This document shows, piece by piece, positions 43,652-52,256 of a DNA stretch of 64,000 bases. Positions within the stretch are counted from its first letter, which is position 1. The number at the start of each line of letters is the position of its first letter. The notes beneath the pieces were generated by a model. The model did no database searches and was not told the DNA's origin. It was given only the letters and a program-made list of their open reading frames with translations. The translations under genes and the position numbers were made by a program. Origin of the DNA: a bacterium (GTDB lineage: Bacteria; Zhuqueibacterota; Zhuqueibacteria; Residuimicrobiales; Krinioviventaceae); assembly GCA_963675755.2 (NCBI GenBank), contig CAXXMD010000002.1:672001-736000 (forward strand). Reading direction: 5' to 3'.

Positions 43652-45742
43652 ATGAAACGATCATTATTAATTACAGGCCTTTGTCTGTTATTTATCACAA
43701 TGCTTTCACAGCTTGCGGTTGCCAATACCAATGAAGCTTTTATGCGTATTGGCCGGTTGTGGTCTGTTGCTGAATATGACGGAGCAGAGGGCTGGACAGC
43801 TCAATACGCCTGGCCAGGAGGACGCATAAGGTTCCCGGATTCAGATGTAAAAGAAATGTTTGGAGCTAATGTACGTAAAACCGGTACTTTGGCTGGATCA
43901 AAAAACTGGACTGGACCCAATGGTGAATTATTTGCATATTGGACCTCCGGTATGTACCGTACTTATGATTATGACTATCTTCCCTATTGGAAAGATCAGC
44001 AGGAATTGACTGCTCTGTATCCAGTAGATCAACAACTTATTCAACGTTGGGCACAACCTAATGTTGTAGTAAATGGTGTTGCCGTAGCTTCTGATGGTGG
44101 CGATGATTTTACTGATCTTCATACAAATACTATAGTTGATCCTACTCTTGTAACTGAAAGAGCAATTCGTTCAGTTTGGAGATACTCTATGGGTGTTGAA
44201 TATGATCGTATGATGTACGGTTACAGTACTCCCGGTCATGAAGATTATGTATTGTATGATATTAACTTCACAAACAATGGAAAAATCTACGGTTATCCTG
44301 ATGCTGAAGACGGTGGTCCGACAATTTGGCCTTATGCAGATTGGGCATGGCAACTGGAAGGTCAGAAAATTGAAGATTTCTGGTGGTCAATGACTATGGA
44401 TCCCAGACCCTCTAATTTAGGTCAAAATGCATCTTTTGGTTCTTCCGATGCTGTTGGTGAATTCATTGCACCATATGCTGATGAAGGTAAAGAACGTGCA
44501 TTTGCATTGTTTTATGATGGTGATGGTGAAGGCGGAGTTGTAGACTGGGGCGATCCCGGTAGTACCGATGAATGGGTAGAATTGTTATCCCCTGCTTTCA
44601 TTATTCATGGTGCATTGTATGCAGATGAAAGTCCTAAAAATAAAGTTAATGACTGGACACAACCCAAATCTACTACAATCAGACATGAACGCGATTATGA
44701 TTTAGGTAAAACCCCTAAAACCATGGCTGACCAATACAATGCTATGTTTGTTGAAGGACAACATTGGCCATTGAATGTTTCACATCGTGAAATTGCTTCT
44801 GATATCAAAATCCCTAGTGCATATAACTGTTTCGGTCCTTATGATTTTGATTATAATGAATCCATCAATATTACCTACGTTGTTGCGGCTGGTGGTATTA
44901 ACCATGATCTCTGTATTGAATGGGGTAAAAAAGCAAAAGAAGCCGACTATACAGGTCCGGTGATGGATGAACTCAAACAAGTATTTTTTACAGGTCGCGA
45001 TTCTGTATTACAAACTCTTGATCTTGCAAACTGGAACGTAAACGGTGATAAAGGTAATCATGCAAAATATGATGTTCCTGATGCTCCTCGTCCACCAGCA
45101 AACTTTATTGTTGATACTGAAGGTGCTGCAATTCGTTTGACATGGACTGATGAATCTGCTCAAGAAGCTGATTTTGATACCGGTGTTAACGATTTCGCTG
45201 GCTATCGTGTATACAAAGCTGTTGGTGCTCGTGACAGTACCTACAGAGTTATTTATGATGGTAAAGATCTTACTTGTCTTGATACTGAAGTATCTCCAGG
45301 TTTTCAATATTTTTATTATCTGGTTGCTTATGATGATGGTACACAAAACTGGGAAAATCCTGGTGTATCTCTTGAAAGTGGTAAATATTACTGCTGGACT
45401 GGTTGGGCTCCTGAAGGTGCAAAACCTGCTGTTGCCCCAATTACTCAAGAGAGTAAACTTGAAGATATTCGGGTTATTCCTAATCCATACAGTGCTGCTG
45501 GTATGAATTTCCCGGGTGAAGAAGATAAAATCAGGTTTGCTGGATTACCAGGCAACTGTACTATCAGAATTTTTACTACCAATGGTGATTTTGTACATGA
45601 AATCATTCATGACAATGGTGGTGGAGATGAAGACTGGAATCTCCGTACTGAAGATAACCAATATGTTGTTAGTGATGTATACATCTATACAATAGAAAGC
45701 GATTTAGGCGATCATGTTGGCAAATTCATCATTATCAGGTAA
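43652..45742 (+). CDS. secreted FN3-containing protein with T9SS-like C-terminal domain
   Basis: Signal peptide; PDAPRPP..IRLTW..DFAGYRVYK..YFYYLVAYD; IRVIPNPY...LPGNCTIRIFT..GD...GKFIIIR. Confidence 0.8.
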   Translation: MKRSLLITGLCLLFITMLSQLAVANTNEAFMRIGRLWSVAEYDGAEGWTAQYAWPGGRIRFPDSDVKEMFGANVRKTGTLAGSKNWTGPNGELFAYWTSGMYRTYDYDYLPYWKDQQELTALYPVDQQLIQRWAQPNVVVNGVAVASDGGDDFTDLHTNTIVDPTLVTERAIRSVWRYSMGVEYDRMMYGYSTPGHEDYVLYDINFTNNGKIYGYPDAEDGGPTIWPYADWAWQLEGQKIEDFWWSMTMDPRPSNLGQNASFGSSDAVGEFIAPYADEGKERAFALFYDGDGEGGVVDWGDPGSTDEWVELLSPAFIIHGALYADESPKNKVNDWTQPKSTTIRHERDYDLGKTPKTMADQYNAMFVEGQHWPLNVSHREIASDIKIPSAYNCFGPYDFDYNESINITYVVAAGGINHDLCIEWGKKAKEADYTGPVMDELKQVFFTGRDSVLQTLDLANWNVNGDKGNHAKYDVPDAPRPPANFIVDTEGAAIRLTWTDESAQEADFDTGVNDFAGYRVYKAVGARDSTYRVIYDGKDLTCLDTEVSPGFQYFYYLVAYDDGTQNWENPGVSLESGKYYCWTGWAPEGAKPAVAPITQESKLEDIRVIPNPYSAAGMNFPGEEDKIRFAGLPGNCTIRIFTTNGDFVHEIIHDNGGGDEDWNLRTEDNQYVVSDVYIYTIESDLGDHVGKFIIIR

Positions 45743-45799
45743 TTCGTTATGGCAGGTATCGAATCTGTCATTAAAAATATTGAAACGGAGGCAAACTTC

Positions 45800-46819
45800 A
45801 TGAAGAAACTTTTTGTTTTATTTATTATACTATGTCTGTTCATGACAACGCAGCCGTCATTTGCTAAAATGCAAAAAACAGGTCAAGCAGGTTTGACATT
45901 TTTGCGTGTAGGCGGTAGTGCACGAGCATCTGGCATGGCGGATGTATTCACCTTTGCAAAAGGTGATTTAGCTAGCATCTTTTATAATCCAGCAGGTTTA
46001 GCGACTGTTGATGGAGCAGCATTCTTTTTTAACAATACCAGTTGGATTGCGGATATGAATCTTTCACACATGGCAGTATCTTATGATGCTGATACATGGG
46101 GTGTATTCGCACTTTCTTTTTCATCAATCGATTACGGTGATATCAATGGTACTGTAATTTCAACATCAGATGCCAGAGGTTATTCTGATATTGATGTTGG
46201 TGATGTTGGTGGTATGGCGATTGGATTGTCATATGGTATTCAAATGACTGACCGCTTTTCTATTGGTGGTACAGCAAAATTCATCAACCAGGCATTAGGA
46301 CAGAATGATACATATGTTGCTGATTTATTGGAAACTCCTGGTAAAGAAAACAAAATCGACTGCTTTGCATTCGATTTTGGTACCATGTATGATACTGGTA
46401 TCAGAAGCCTGGTACTTTCAATGTCTATTCAAAATTATTCTGGACAACAATTATACGAAAATGAAGAATTTCAACTTCCTCAGACTTATCGTATTGGAAT
46501 TTCCGGAAATCTTTTTGAATTATTACCACTTGGTATGGAAAACCAACAGTTGACTGTAGCACTTGAAGGTGTTGATCAACCAGACCGTGAAGAATTTCTG
46601 GCAGCAGGTATGGAATATAACTTGTTGAACATGATTGACTTGCGAACTGGTTATAACTTTCAACGTCGTCAAGACAATGTTGGTGGATTAAATGCTGGTA
46701 TCGGTTTTAAATTGGAAAGCTTTAATCTTCCTTTTAATGGTAGATTTGATATTTCTTATAGCGATTTTGGTAGCGTTTTTGATGACGTTATCCGCTTCTC
46801 TATTCAAGGTTCCTTTTAA
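45800..46819 (+). CDS. PorV/PorQ family outer-membrane beta-barrel
   Basis: FLRVGGSARASGMAD, SIFYNPAGLA, AFDFGTMY, LRTGYN, ends IQGSF; ATG 45800 after GGAGG. Confidence 0.85.
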   Translation: MKKLFVLFIILCLFMTTQPSFAKMQKTGQAGLTFLRVGGSARASGMADVFTFAKGDLASIFYNPAGLATVDGAAFFFNNTSWIADMNLSHMAVSYDADTWGVFALSFSSIDYGDINGTVISTSDARGYSDIDVGDVGGMAIGLSYGIQMTDRFSIGGTAKFINQALGQNDTYVADLLETPGKENKIDCFAFDFGTMYDTGIRSLVLSMSIQNYSGQQLYENEEFQLPQTYRIGISGNLFELLPLGMENQQLTVALEGVDQPDREEFLAAGMEYNLLNMIDLRTGYNFQRRQDNVGGLNAGIGFKLESFNLPFNGRFDISYSDFGSVFDDVIRFSIQGSF

Positions 46820-46847
46820 TTATTATTGAAGGAAACTAGTTCTACCC

Positions 46848-46876
46848 AAAGCCCTGTCTTTTGACAGGGCTTTTTT
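46848..46876 (+). terminator. intrinsic terminator closing the TonB-PorV operon
   Basis: AAAGCCCTGTC-TTTT-GACAGGGCTTTTTT. Confidence 0.85.
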
Positions 46877-46877
46877 A

Positions 46878-48512
46878 TTATTTTAGGTCTAATACTGGTA
46901 AAATTATACAAGATGGTGTATCTATACCATAGAACATGGTTTGTACTGAATTTATAATATTTACTGCTTCAACCAAAGGCTCACCTGAATTTAAATTACG
47001 ATTAAATCTTGGAAACCATGATGAAGTGACTACTAATCGAAGTTGATGTTTTGGATTCACTTGATATCCTGTTGCCCATAAAGACACATCTATTTTCCGT
47101 CTTTCCGGTGCATTAGGATCACTGAAAATCTTTGCTCCCCCCTCCTGTATATTTAAAATTTTTCCATCTGGAAAAACGTCCTGCAAACATACAATGATAT
47201 CTGTACTGGATACATCTGTTTTAATATACAATTCAGCATTAATCGGGCCTAACAGTGTCAAAGCTGTATCTAGTGGACTAGATACAAAAACCAGTTGATC
47301 ATTACGATCAATATTATTATTCTGCCATGCAGGGCCTACATCCTGGCCTATAATAGTCCCTCCTAATGATGGATACGGATATGAAGGATTATATTCCCAT
47401 GTATATTTACCGTTGTTATTTGCTTCTGTTAAAAGAGTATTATTGTCTCCAATGTAAAGATTTTTAAATTCAACATTTGCCGGCGGCCATTGATCAAAAG
47501 AATACCATTCATTACGCTGCATTATAAATGCATGTAATGGCTTTGCTTCAAATGGAGGTTGTATAATATTAGTTTCTTTATTCAACATATATTTATCAAC
47601 CAACCTGTGTAAAACAGGGGCGACAACTTTACCATAATCTGCATTATCACCAAATTCAACTTTTGCGGCAAAAGATCCATGGGCCCAGGGACCTATAAAT
47701 AAATAACTATCAGGATTTCGGTTAGAACCTAGTGCCATAAAATCCATTATTTGAGGCATTAAAAAAATATCATACCAGCCGGCTGCAGCAAATACAGGAA
47801 TGCTATATTCCCCCCTGTGATCCATCTTGCCCCAATAGGTATCATAATATTCATGAGAAATCCAGTCGTCTGTAAAAGGATTGTTTTTATATGTAGAATC
47901 ATCTGCTATTGATAATGGCAGGTAATAATAACTCTTTTCCATTTTTTCAGGACTTATGGCATTTACTGTTTTAGAATCAACCAACAGTCCCCAACGAAAA
48001 GCCAATCCAAGAGACATCAAGCCATCAGGATACAAGGCATCATACATATTTGCTGTTGTAAAAATAGGTGAGATCATGTCAAGCTGGTCTGCTACCGCCC
48101 ATTGTGTATAACCCAAATAACTTCCACCCCATCCACAAATTTTTCCATTTGACCAGTTTTGAGTTCTAATCCATTCAACTGTTTTAGAACCATCAGCTCT
48201 GTCATTTTTAAACGGATAAAACGTTCCTGTAGAACCAAATTTACCACGGGTATCCTGACAGACTACTGCATATCCTTTCTCAACAAACTTTTCCGGTTCA
48301 TTTTTTATATTTTCTCTCCCGTATGGAGTGAGATATAAAATGCATGGATATTGTCCGGTTGTATCAGGTAAATAAACATCTGTTGCAAGTTTTACTGAAT
48401 CATTGATACTGATGTATTCAATAGTTTTAATCATACTCCAACCGGAGGAATTGAATAAAAATAGCATAGTAAACAGACTACATGTAGATACTACCAATTT
48501 TAATTTGGTCAT
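46878..48512 (-). CDS. CocE/NonD family hydrolase (peptidase S15-like)
   Basis: LATDVYLP, TPYG, QDTRG..S.G, GGSYLG nucleophile, GWYDIF, IGPWAH, FPRFNRNLN. Confidence 0.9.
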   Translation of the reverse strand: MTKLKLVVSTCSLFTMLFLFNSSGWSMIKTIEYISINDSVKLATDVYLPDTTGQYPCILYLTPYGRENIKNEPEKFVEKGYAVVCQDTRGKFGSTGTFYPFKNDRADGSKTVEWIRTQNWSNGKICGWGGSYLGYTQWAVADQLDMISPIFTTANMYDALYPDGLMSLGLAFRWGLLVDSKTVNAISPEKMEKSYYYLPLSIADDSTYKNNPFTDDWISHEYYDTYWGKMDHRGEYSIPVFAAAGWYDIFLMPQIMDFMALGSNRNPDSYLFIGPWAHGSFAAKVEFGDNADYGKVVAPVLHRLVDKYMLNKETNIIQPPFEAKPLHAFIMQRNEWYSFDQWPPANVEFKNLYIGDNNTLLTEANNNGKYTWEYNPSYPYPSLGGTIIGQDVGPAWQNNNIDRNDQLVFVSSPLDTALTLLGPINAELYIKTDVSSTDIIVCLQDVFPDGKILNIQEGGAKIFSDPNAPERRKIDVSLWATGYQVNPKHQLRLVVTSSWFPRFNRNLNSGEPLVEAVNIINSVQTMFYGIDTPSCIILPVLDLK

Positions 48513-48645
48513 TTTTTTAGTCCTTGAAAAAAATGTGAATGTTAATGATTAAACAATCATACAAGAATATTTATTTTTGTTTTAAAATTAAATTAATAAT
48601 TTTTATATTTATTCAAATCAATTTTATCTAAATGAGAAAATTTAA

Positions 48646-49476
48646 ATGATTTCTTACAATTGCCTTTTTACTTTTAAATATAATATTAATACAATCATCC
48701 TTTTATATACAATTTCATTATTTGCCTGGGGAATTGCTTTACAAGCTCAAGAGCCTGATATGGTATTGGTTAAAGGCGGATGGTTTATAATGGGAAGCGA
48801 TAGTGGAAGTTATGATGAACAACCTGCTCACAAAGTATCTGTAAGTGATTTCTTTATAGATAAATATGAGGTTACTAATAGACAATATTGTGAATTTTTA
48901 AACACCGTAGGAAATCAAATTGAAAATGGTAAAACCTGGTTGGATATGGGTTTTTCAGGCTGCAGAATTGAATTCGTTAATGATATTTATAGGCCTAAAA
49001 AAGGATTTGATGACAATCCTGTTATTGAAGTAACATGGTTTGGAGCAAATGCCTATGCAAAATGGATGGGCAAGAGATTGCCTACTGAAGCCGAGTGGGA
49101 ATATGCAGCTCAAGGTGGAATTAATTCAGAATCATATATCTTAAGTGGAAGCAATGATGCATCAACAGTCGCATGGTTTCAGGATAATTCTAATGGCAAA
49201 ACTCATCCAGTTGGAATAAAGCAACCAAATGAATTGGGAATTCATGATATGAGTGGTAATGTTTGGGAATGGTGTTCAGATTGGTATAGTGAAAATTATT
49301 ATGAACAAAGCCTGCAAAGAGATCCTACCGGTCCTTTAACAGGTACGCAAAAGGTTTTACGCGGTGGTGCCTGGAATGTTATGCCTCTGTTTCTCAATAT
49401 TACAAATCGTAGTTCAGACACACCCAACTTTGCATTAAATATTAGGGGATTCAGATGTGTGAAATCTTTTAATTGA
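48646..49476 (+). CDS. formylglycine-generating-enzyme (SUMF1) fold protein, likely non-catalytic
   Basis: FIMGS, YEVTN, RLPTEAEWEYAA, MSGNVWEWC, RGGAW, GFRC; lacks the catalytic Cys pair after RGG. Confidence 0.85.
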   Translation: MISYNCLFTFKYNINTIILLYTISLFAWGIALQAQEPDMVLVKGGWFIMGSDSGSYDEQPAHKVSVSDFFIDKYEVTNRQYCEFLNTVGNQIENGKTWLDMGFSGCRIEFVNDIYRPKKGFDDNPVIEVTWFGANAYAKWMGKRLPTEAEWEYAAQGGINSESYILSGSNDASTVAWFQDNSNGKTHPVGIKQPNELGIHDMSGNVWEWCSDWYSENYYEQSLQRDPTGPLTGTQKVLRGGAWNVMPLFLNITNRSSDTPNFALNIRGFRCVKSFN

Positions 49477-49497
49477 TAACTAATAGTTGGATTTGAC

Positions 49498-50211
49498 TTA
49501 TAGTGAAATTCCGAAAAATTCGGCATATTTAATTAAATCAGTTAATTTATTAGTTTCAAGCTTTTTCAAGAGATTGCGTCGATGTGTTTTAACTGTCAAG
49601 ATTGAAATAAAGAGTTGATCTGCTATAGTTTTATTTGTTTCTCCTTTTACAATCCATTTTAATATTTGTTTTTCACGTTTGGTTAGTCTGTCAAATTTAT
49701 GGAAATTCTTTTTCATAAAAAGATTTTCATCTAGAAGACGTTTGAGTTGCTTTTCCAACTCGCCAAATGTTTGTAATGGATTGGAAATAGTAAAAATTGT
49801 TTTATCGTCATCACGTATTTTTGAAAGAGATAAAAACCATTGATAATCGTGATCATTATTTCTTCGCATATATTGAAAATAGGCTAAAACCTGATTTTGA
49901 TCATGATTTTGAATAAAATTTTGTAATTTGGGTACTACAATTTCAGCAGAACTTGGATGTACTACGCTATATTGAAAGGCCGATCCTTCAATTGTTATTT
50001 CATCAAGATCTTTTTCAAAAAAATTTTCCATATTGGGACTTAGATATTCAAGTGTTATATCCATAGCGGAATTGAGGTGTAAAAAACCTGGTATAAAATC
50101 AGCAAGATCTGATATACTAAAATTTTTCTCAGATATCATTTGTTCTAATTGATAAACATCTGATTGAACATTTTCTAATCTTTCCTGATCAGTTCTCCCT
50201 TTACTCATCAA
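49498..50211 (-). CDS. LuxR-type HTH regulator with PAS-like N-terminal region
   Basis: LTKREKQIL..GETNKTIADQLFISILTVKTHRRNLLKKL. Confidence 0.88.
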   Translation of the reverse strand: MMSKGRTDQERLENVQSDVYQLEQMISEKNFSISDLADFIPGFLHLNSAMDITLEYLSPNMENFFEKDLDEITIEGSAFQYSVVHPSSAEIVVPKLQNFIQNHDQNQVLAYFQYMRRNNDHDYQWFLSLSKIRDDDKTIFTISNPLQTFGELEKQLKRLLDENLFMKKNFHKFDRLTKREKQILKWIVKGETNKTIADQLFISILTVKTHRRNLLKKLETNKLTDLIKYAEFFGISL

Positions 50212-50327
50212 GATTACCCCTTGGCATTTTTTAAAATTTATTTAAATAAAATCTTAAATTAAATGATAAAATTCAAGTTATTTTTATATGTATTTTGAAT
50301 AATCATAATTTTTAAATTATACAAATC

Positions 50328-50364
50328 AACCAACCCTGAGTAAAATGGTAACTCAGAGTTGGTT
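50328..50364 (-). terminator. hairpin, probable original terminator of the S8 peptidase gene
   Basis: 14-bp stem AACCAACTCTGAGT/ACTCAGGGTTGGTT (one G-U) on the minus strand just outside the element. Confidence 0.5.
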
Positions 50365-50384
50365 TAATTAATTATTTACGTTTA

Positions 50385-50404
50385 GGAAATATTTCCGGTA
50401 GGTT
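50385..50404 (+). repeat. terminal inverted repeat, low-coordinate end
   Basis: GGAAATATTTCCGGTAGGTT. Confidence 0.75.
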
Positions 50405-50519
50405 GTTTTGAAGATTGGAACATTTAATCATTTTTTCAGCTAACGGAAGGAGCCCGTAGGACGACTGGAGTTAGCTGAAAAACTATGACAACCTAACCTA
50501 TTAATTCCTTTTCAAATTT

Positions 50520-51334
50520 TCAAGTTTTCTTTTGTTTCAAGTCTGAATGATAAATAAATACCAGATCACGATATTGTGTAATTGTCTTCTTACCTAATCC
50601 GGTAATCCTGACCATTCCATTAAATTAAAACCTTTTTCCAATAATAACTTTACGTTCTTGTAACTCTTCAGATACCGACTCGTCGATTCAATTGTATGAT
50701 TTGTGATCCGAGCAATATCCGGTTCAGGATAACCCTGCTCGTACAAATCTATGATTGCGACTTTATGTGTTGGCTTACTGCCCTGATCCAGCATCATTCC
50801 TTTTGTCGGCAATATATCATCATGCGTTTCATGATAAATTGTCATATACCGACCAATAGCGTTTAATGAACGATTTAATAATACACTGAGTTCTGCGCCT
50901 GTCAACCAGCCGCCCTGTTCTGCTGCACTTTTGCACAACCGCGCCATTACCTTAACATCCCGATCAACCTGCTTCTCATAATCAGCCCTGCCATCCTTGT
51001 CTCTATGAGAATAATGACTCTTGATTCGATTATCTATATCTTCATCTGTAACCAATGGCAGTACAACTGTCTGAACCTCATAATCTTCCGCTTTTGTACC
51101 ATAGCTTGGTTTTCGATTTGTCGCTTTGGTTGTTCGCCAGATAATCTGTCCAAAACTTTTCCTTTCCAGCTCCGGATAGAATTCGTTTTGTAAGGCCGTA
51201 ATATCTTCTGCGATCATTCGGATGACTTTATGGCTTCCTAACATTTTATAATTTTCTTCCAGTAAGCGAATTATTGCATTCTGGAAACTGCGTTTAGCTA
51301 TTGATTCATAACGATTTAAAGGTTTAGTCTTCAT
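50520..51334 (-). CDS. DUF1670-like HTH protein B (single-base deletion near 3' end)
   Basis: EQGGWLT, LPTKG..DQG..THK, NHT....RY; restoring one A at about 50615 extends it to EMVRITGLGKKTITQYRDLV...KQKKT-stop at 50520, matching the paralog tail. Confidence 0.75.
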
Positions 51335-52151
51335 AGTGCCCCTCCTTTGGTTGTTTTTTTTTCGAGGGGTATAACACCTTTAATTGATCCAATAACTCTA
51401 CATAGATCGACGGCCATTTGTCACCCTGTTTATGATGCTCAAAAATATCCAGATACTCGCGAGTCAGACGTTCACTTTGGCCTAATAACCGGCTGATCTC
51501 TTTAATGTCTTGCATACCATGATTCAATAAAAGTAATAATCTGCCAAAGCTGCACACATATCGCTTTATTGAAAATGCGCTATGCCGACTTTTACGAATA
51601 ATTGCATCGTATGTGTCACCCTGCAAATACAGTTCAATAATGCGGCTTTTGTGTGACAAACTCCGACCAATGTCATGGTCTGTTCCGCGTGTGTGAACAA
51701 AATTGCCGTCTGTCTGCAATGCCCTTATATCCTGGCGTACAGTGCGACTCGTAACCTGGAGGATTCGGGCCAAATCCTCTTGTGTCAAAGAACCTTCCTG
51801 GTCCCAGGCTTCTTCAGTCAATCGCAATACCTTTAGCTGCCGTAATGCCCTTGGACCACTTTCCTTTAAAATATTTAAATCTTCGATTCCCGCATCCAGT
51901 GTTAATTCAACCTCTATTAACTCCTGCTCGCCCAGAGGCTTGCCATGTTTGGCTTTGGTGGATGCGCAGATATATTTCATTTTACCAACCGTCTGGGGGG
52001 CTTCGCCAAATAAACACTGTTTGGCCAGATCCAATATCCCTTTACTTTCTGCCGGTGATAATTCAAATTCCTTTCGCAAAGAATTGATGAATACTTGCTC
52101 GGGTGTTTTTTCTAATATCCTGTCATACAAACTACTACGAGTATTGTACAT
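51324..52151 (-). CDS. DUF1670-like HTH protein A
   Basis: RLTEEAWDQEGSLTQEDLARIL..RTVRQDI, TRG..HDIG..SHK, RHS....RY; GGAGG SD. Confidence 0.8.
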   Translation of the reverse strand: MYNTRSSLYDRILEKTPEQVFINSLRKEFELSPAESKGILDLAKQCLFGEAPQTVGKMKYICASTKAKHGKPLGEQELIEVELTLDAGIEDLNILKESGPRALRQLKVLRLTEEAWDQEGSLTQEDLARILQVTSRTVRQDIRALQTDGNFVHTRGTDHDIGRSLSHKSRIIELYLQGDTYDAIIRKSRHSAFSIKRYVCSFGRLLLLLNHGMQDIKEISRLLGQSERLTREYLDIFEHHKQGDKWPSIYVELLDQLKVLYPSKKKQPKEGHYED

Positions 52152-52236
52152 TGGTCCTCCGGTAAGTTTTGAAATCTTTATTTGCCTTCCGGTTACTTCC
52201 TTTAAATACTATATGAAATAACCACCTTTTTTCCAA

Positions 52237-52256
52237 AACCTACCGGAAAATTTTCC
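52237..52256 (-). repeat. terminal inverted repeat, high-coordinate end
   Basis: AACCTACCGGAAAATTTTCC on + strand. Confidence 0.75.

Larger units (their letters stand above)
50385..52256 (-). mobile_element. putative IS-like element carrying two DUF1670-like ORFs
   Basis: Terminal IRs GGAAATATTTCCGGTAGGTT (50385-50404) and rc GGAAAATTTTCCGGTAGGTT (52237-52256), 18/20; flanking TTA at 50382-50384 and 52257-52259. Confidence 0.75.

Noticed and set aside
51703-52221. 172-aa plus-strand ORF inside the element as a third gene or transposase
   Set aside because: Antisense shadow of ORF A, Ser-rich, with no motif; the other short antisense ORFs in the track were dismissed likewise.
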